64,000 nucleotides of DNA from Eledone cirrhosa (taxonomy: Eukaryota), in NCBI GenBank assembly GCA_964016885.1, contig OZ024743.1, positions 131,130,001-131,194,000 on the forward strand. Direction: 5' to 3'. A program made the translations under genes and the position numbers. Shown here one piece after another: positions 58,601 to 64,000 of this stretch. Numbering within the stretch: position 1 is the stretch's first letter; each line of letters starts with the position of its first letter. The notes beneath the pieces were generated by a model. It worked only from the letters and a program-made list of their open reading frames with translations, was not told the origin of the DNA and did not search any database.

Positions 58601-60577
58601 TTTGGTGCTTGGTGCTTGGTGTTTGGTGTTTGGTGCTTGGTGTTTGGTGCTTGGTGCTTGGTGTTTGGTGTTTGGTGCTTGGTGTTTGGTGCTTGGTACT
58701 TGGTGCTTGGTGTTAGGTGTTTGGTGCTTGGTGCTTGGTGTTTGGTTTTTGGTGCTTGGTGCTTGGTGTTTGGTGTTTGGTGCTTGCTGCTGGCTGCTTG
58801 GTGCTTGGTGATTGGTGCTTGGTGTTTGGTGCTTGGTGTTTGGTGTTTGGTGCTAGGTGCTTGGTGCTTGGTGTTTGGTGCTTGGTGTTTGGTGTTTGGT
58901 GTTTGGTGCTTGGTGCTTGGTGTTTGGTGCTTGGTGCTGGGTGGTTGGTGTTTGGTGCTTGGTGTTTGGTGCTGGGTGCTTGGTGTTTGGTGCTTGGTGC
59001 TTGGTCTTTGGTGCTTGGTGTTTGGTGTTTGGTGCTTGCTGCTTGGTGTTTGGTTCTTGGTGCTTGGTGTTTGGTGCTTGGTGCTTAGTGTTTGGTGCTA
59101 GGTGCTTGGGGTTTGGTGTTTGGTGCTTGGTGTTTGGTGCTTGGTTCTTGGTATTTGGTGTTTGCTGTTTACTGTTTGGTGTTTGCTGTTTGGTGTTTGG
59201 TGTTTGTTGTTTGGTGTTTGCTGTTTGGTGTCTGCTTTTTGGTGTTTGGTGTTTGCTGTATGTTGTTTGGTGTTTGGTGTTTGGTGTTTGGTATCTGGTG
59301 TTTGGTGCTTGGTGCTTGGTGTTTGGTGCTTGGTGCTTGGTGTTTGGTGCCTGGTGCTTGGTGCTTGGTGTTTGGTGTTTGGTGCTTGGTGCTTGGTGCT
59401 TGGAGTTTGGTGTTTGGTGCTTGTTGCTTGGTGTTTTGTGTTTGGTGTTTCGTATTTGGTGCTTGGTGCTTGGTGCTTGGTCCTTGGTGTTTGGTGCTGG
59501 GTACTTTGTGTTTGGTGCTTGGTGCTTGGTGCTTGGTGTTTGGTGTTTGGTGCTTGGTGCTTGGTGTTTGGTGTTTGGTGCTTGGTGTTTGGTGCTTGGT
59601 ACTTGGTGCTTGGTGTTAGGTGTTTGGTGCTTGGTGCTTGGTGTTTGGTTTTTGGTGCTTGGTGCTTGGTGTTTGGTGTTTGGTGCTTGGTGTTTGGTGC
59701 TTGGTGCTTGGTGTTTGGTGTTTGGTGCTTGGTGTTTGGTGCTTGGTACTTGGTGCTTGGTGTTAGGTGTTTGGTGCTTGGTGCTTGGTGTTTGGTTTTT
59801 GGTGCTTGGTGCTTGGTGTTTGGTGTTTGGTGCTTGCTGCTGGCTGCTTGGTGCTTGGTGATTGGTGCTTGGTGTTTGGTGCTTGGTGTTTGGTGTTTGG
59901 TGCTAGGTGCTTGGTGCTTGGTGTTTGGTGCTTGGTGTTTGGTGTTTGGTGTTTGGTGCTTGGTGCTTGGTGTTTGGTGCTTGGTGCTGGGTGGTTGGTG
60001 TTTGGTGCTTGGTGTTTGGTGCTGGGTGCTTGGTGTTTGGTGCTTGGTGCTTGGTCTTTGGTGCTTGGTGTTTGGTGTTTGGTGCTTGCTGCTTGGTGTT
60101 TGGTTCTTGGTGCTTGGTGTTTGGTGCTTGGTGCTTAGTGTTTGGTGCTAGGTGCTTGGGGTTTGGTGTTTGGTGCTTGGTGTTTGGTGCTTGGTTCTTG
60201 GTATTTGGTGTTTGCTGTTTACTGTTTGGTGTTTGCTGTTTGGTGTTTGGTGTTTGTTGTTTGGTGTTTGCTGTTTGGTGTCTGCTTTTTGGTGTTTGGT
60301 GTTTGCTGTATGTTGTTTGGTGTTTGGTGTTTGGTGTTTGGTATTTGGTGTTTGGTGCTTGGTGCTTGGTGTTTGGTGCTTGGTGCTTGGTGTTTGGTGC
60401 CTGGTGCTTGGTGCTTGGTGTTTGGTGTTTGGTGCTTGGTGCTTGGTGCTTGGAGTTTGGTGTTTGGTGCTTGTTGCTTGGTGTTTTGTGTTTGGTGTTT
60501 CGTATTTGGTGCTTGGTGCTTGGTGCTTGGTCCTTGGTGTTTGGTGCTGGGTACTTTGTGTTTGGTGCTTGGTGCTT
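58601..60577 (+). repeat. Direct duplication at 1050-bp offset (58601-59527 / 59651-60577)
   Basis: ORF entries 58717/59767, 58857/59907 and 59092/60142. One visible substitution (59295 C vs 60345 T). The intervening ~120 bp repeats a segment at 147-bp offset (GGTACTT, A at 59601/59748). Confidence 0.88.
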
Positions 60578-62419
60578 CGTGCTTGGTGTTTGGTGTTTGG
60601 TGCTTGGTGTTTGGTGTTATATGCTTGGTGTTTGATGCTTGGTGCTTGGTGTTTGGTGTTTGATGCTTGGTGCTTGATGCTTGGTGTTTGGTGCTTGGTG
60701 CTTAGTGCTTGGTGTTTTGTGTTTGGTGCTTGGTGCTTGGTGTTTGTACTTGGTGCTTGGTGCTTGGTGTTTGGTTCTTGGTTCTTGGTGTTTGGTACTT
60801 GGTGCTTGCTGTTTGGTGCTTGGTGTTTGGTGCTTGGTGTTTGGTGCTTGGTGCTTGGTATTTGGTGCTTGGTGTTTGGTGTTTGGTGCTTGGTGCTTGG
60901 TGTTTGGTGTTTGGTGTTTGGTGTTTGCTGTTTGCTGTTTGGTGTCTGCTTTTTGGTGTTTGGTGTTTGCTGTATGGTGTTTGCTGTTTCGTGTTTGGTG
61001 TTTGCTGTTTGGTGTTTGGTCTTTGGTGCTTGGTGTTTGGTGCTTGGTGCTTGGTGTTTGGTGTTTGGTGCTTGGTGCTTGGTGTTTGGTGTTTGGTGCT
61101 TGGTGCTTGGTGCTTGGTGTTTGGTGTTTGGTGCTTGGTGTCTGGTGCTTGGTGTTTGGTGCTTGGTGTTTGGTGTCTGGTGTTTGGTGCTTGGTGCTTG
61201 GTGTTTGGTGTTTGGTGCTTGGTGTTTGGTGTTTGGTGTTTGGTGCTTGTTGCTTGGTGCTTGGTGTTTGGTGCTTGGTGCTTGGTGTTTGGTGCTGGGT
61301 GCTGGGTGCTTGGTGCTTGGTGCATGGTGCTTGGTGCTTGGTGTTTGGTGTTTGGTGCTTGGTGTTTGGTGTTATATGCTTGGTCTTTGATGCTTGGTGC
61401 TTGGTGTTTGGTGTTTGATGCTTGGTGCTTGATGCTTGGTGCTTGGTGCTTGGTGTTTGGTGCTTGGTGCTTGGTGTTTGTACTTGTTGATTGGTGCATG
61501 ATGCTTGGTGATTGGTGTTTGGTGCTTGGTTCTTGGTGTTTGGTGCTTGGTGTTTGGTGCTTGGTGCTTGGTGTTTGGTGCTTGGTGCTTGGTGTTTGGT
61601 GTTTGGTGCTTGGTGCTTGGTTCTTGGTGTTTGGTGCTTGGTGCTTGGTGCTTGGTGTTTGGTGCTTGGTGCTTGGTGTTTGGTGCTTGGTGTTTGGTGC
61701 TTGGTGTTTGGTGCTTGGTGCTTGGTGCTTGGTGCATGGTGCTTGGTGTTTGGTGCTTGGTGTTTGGTGCTTGGTGTTAGGTGTTTGGTGCTTGGTGCTT
61801 GGTGTTTGGTGTTTGGTGCTTGGTGTTTGGTGCTTGGTGCTTGGTGTTTGGTGTTTGGTGCTTGGTGTTTGGTGCTTGCTACGTGGTGCTTGGTGCTTGG
61901 TGTTAGGTGTTTGGTGCTTGGTGCGTGGTGTTTGGTTTTTGGTGCTTGGTGCTTGGTGTTTGGTGTTTGGTGCTTGCTGCTGGCTGCTTGGTGTTTGGTG
62001 CTTGGTGATTGGTGCTTGGTGTTTGGTGCTTGGTGTTTGGTGTTTGGTGCTAGGTGCTTGGTGCTTGGTGTTTGGTGCTTGGTGCTTGGTGTTTGGTGTT
62101 TGGTGCTTTGTGTTTGGTGTTTGGTGCTTGGTGCTGGGTGGTTGGTGTTTGGTGCTTGGTGATTGGTGTTTGGTGCTTGGTTCTTGGTGTTTGGTGCTTG
62201 GTGTTTGGTGCTTGGTTCTTGGTGTTTGGTGCTTGGTGCTTGGTGTTTGGTGTTTGGTGCTTAGTGTTTGGTGCTAGGTGCTTGGGGTTTGGTGTTTGGT
62301 GCTTGGTGCTTGGTGCTTGGTGTTTGGTGCTTGGTGCTTGGTGCTTGGTGCTTGGTCTTTGGAGTTTGGTGTTTAGTGCTTGGTGCTTGGTGTTTGGTGT
62401 TTGGTGCTTGGTGCTTGGT

Positions 62420-62670
62420 GCATTGTGATTAGTGTTTGGTGCTTGGTGCTTGGGGTTTGGTGTTTGGTGCTTGGTGCTTGGTATTTGGTGCTTGGTACTT
62501 GGTGTTTGGTGCTTGGTGTTTGCTGTTTGCTGTTTGGTGTTTTTGGTGTTTGCTGTTTGCTGTTTGGTGTCTGCTTTTTGGTGTTTGGTGTTTGCTCTAT
62601 GGTGTTTGCTGTTTCATGTTTGGTGTTTGCTGTTTGGTGTTTGGTGTTTGCTGTTTGGTGTTTGGTCTTT
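62420..62670 (+). repeat. Distant copy of the variant cassette at ~611-860
   Basis: GCATTGTGATTAG, the +2 TT insertion (GGTGTTTTTGGTGT), GCTCTATGG and GTTTCATGT occur in the same order. Offset 61809 (ORFs 623/62432). Confidence 0.88.
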
Positions 62671-64000
62671 GGTGCTTGGTCTTTGGTGCTTGGTGTTTGG
62701 TGTTTGGTGCTTGGTGCTTGGTGCTTGGTGATTGGTGCTTGGTGATTAGTGTTTGGTACTTGGTGCTTGGGGTTTGGTGTTTGGTGCTTGGCGCTTGGTG
62801 TTTGGTGCTTGGTACTTGGTGTTTGGTGCTTGGTGTTTGTTGTTTGGTGTTTGGTGTTTGGTGTTTGGTGTTTGGTGTTTGGTGTTTGCTGTTTGGTGTC
62901 TGCTTTTTGGTGTTTGGTGTTTGCTCTATGGTGTTTGCTGTTTCGTGTTTGGTGTTTGCTGTTTGGTGTTTGGTGTTTGCTGTTTGGTGTTTGGTCTTTG
63001 GTGCTTGGTGTTTGGTGCTTGGTGCTTGGTGTTTGGTGTTTGGTGCTTGGTGTTTGGTGTTTGGTGTTTGGTGCTTGGTGTTTGGTGTTTGGTGCCTGGT
63101 GTTTGGTGTTTATTGCTTGTTGCTTGGTGCTTGGTGCTTGGTGTTTGGTGCTTGGTGTTTGGTGCTGGGTGCTTGGTGTTTAGTGCTTGGCGCTTGGTGC
63201 TTGGTGTTTCGTGTTTGGTGCTTGGTGCTTGTTGTTTGGTGTTATATGCTTGGTGTTTGATGCTTGGTGCTTGGTGCTTGGTGTTTGGTGTTTGGTGCTT
63301 GGTGTTTGATGCTTGGTGTTTGATGCTTGGTGCTTGGTGCTTGGTGCTTGGTGTTTGGTGCTTGGTGTTTGGTGCTTGGTGTTTTGTGCTTGGTGCTTGG
63401 TGTTTGGTGTTTGGTGCTTGGTGTTTGGTGCTTGCTACTTGGTGCTTGGTGCTTGGTGTTAGGTGTTTGGTGCTTGGTGCTTGGTGTTTGGTTTTTGGTG
63501 CTTGGTGCTTGGTGTTTGGTGTTTGGTGCTTGCTGCTGGCTGCTTAGTGATTGGTGCTTGGTGTTTGGTGCTTGGTGTTTGGTGTTTGGTGCTAGGTGCT
63601 TGGTGCTTGGTGTTTGGTGCTTGGTGCTTGGTGTTTGGTGTTTGGTGTTTGGTGCTTGGTGTTTGGTGTTTGGTGCTTGGTGCTTGGTGCTGTGTGGTTG
63701 GTGTTTGGTGCTTGGTGTTTGGTGCTGGGTGCTTGGTGTTTGGTGCTTGGTCCTTGGTGCTTGGTGCTTGGTGTTTGGTGTTTGGTGCTTGGTGCTTGGT
63801 GTTTGGTGCTTGGTGCTTGGTGTTTGGTGCTTGGTGCTTCGTGTTTGGTGCTAGGTGCTTGGGGTTTGGTGTTTGGTGCTTGGTGTTTGGTGTTTGGTGT
63901 TTTGTGCTTGGTGCTTGGTATTTGGTGTTTACTGTTTGCTGTTTGATGTTTGTTGTTTGGTGTTTGTTGTTTGGTGTTTGCTGTTTAGTGTTTGGTGTTT

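Larger units (their letters stand above)
1..64000 (+). repeat. Heptameric tandem satellite (TTGGTGC/TTGGTGT)n, ~9,100 monomers, open at both window ends
   Basis: Every line parses into TTGGTGY units with scattered variants (TTGCTGT, TTGTTGC, TTGATGC, TAGGTGY, TTGGTAC, 6-bp TTGTAC). No orientation switch or unrelated insert was seen. Confidence 0.99.

Noticed and set aside
5-63946. Hundreds of ORFs encoding WCLVLGA-type or TKHQAPS-type repeats
   Set aside because: They overlap in all frames, mostly start at TTG/GTG, have no non-repetitive domain and no preferred frame, and are interrupted by frame-shifting variants. They are expected from a stop-free 7-mer.
1-64000. CRISPR-like or other repeat-spacer array (recurring cassette separated by variable sequence)
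   Set aside because: The intervening sequence is the same heptamer, is hundreds of bp long and is itself duplicated. There are no unique spacers, palindromic repeats, leader or cas genes.
1-64000. Canonical telomere tract (TTAGGG, TTTAGGG, TTAGG)
   Set aside because: No tandem runs of these motifs. Isolated TTAGG arises from single TAGGTGT variants.
1-64000. Bacterial short heptamer repeats (cyanobacterial STRR-like intergenic repeats)
   Set aside because: Those are short tracts between genes. Here 64 kb contains no gene.
1-64000. Pure sequencing or basecalling artefact, or synthetic data-encoding DNA
   Set aside because: Rare variants recur in fixed order across copies with graded divergence and resolvable junctions, as expected of an evolved array. 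Individual near-perfect duplications (e.g. 4377 bp) still need read validation.
1-64000. Hairpins, terminators, tRNA/rRNA/ncRNA or transposon ends
   Set aside because: The near absence of A, the scarcity of C and the lack of any inverted segment leave no meaningful self-complementarity, terminal inverted repeats or LTR-like unique sequence.

Overview
The whole 64 kb window is one uninterrupted, single-orientation satellite array of the heptamer TTGGTG(C/T) (reverse strand (G/A)CACCAA), about 9,100 monomers, running off both ends. I see no unique sequence, genes, RNA genes, transposons or CRISPR arrays. All ORFs in the track (WCLVLGA / TKHQAPS heptapeptides) are artefacts of a repeat that cannot form stop codons. 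The information lies in rare variant monomers, which act as barcodes. They reveal nested tandem duplications (offsets 104, 119, 293, 399, 629, 1050, 1161, 2698, 4377 and ~6154-6238 bp), dispersed re-use of kb-scale blocks (offsets ~12.3, ~15.6, ~28.7 and ~61.8 kb), a TTGCTGT-rich cassette recurring more than 50 times, and marker-defined layers arranged roughly A | B | young core | B' | short A-like segment. This resembles layered expansion in eukaryotic centromeric or subtelomeric satellites. Organism and chromosomal location cannot be determined from the sequence. All comparisons were made by eye and from identical ORF-track entries, not by computed alignment.
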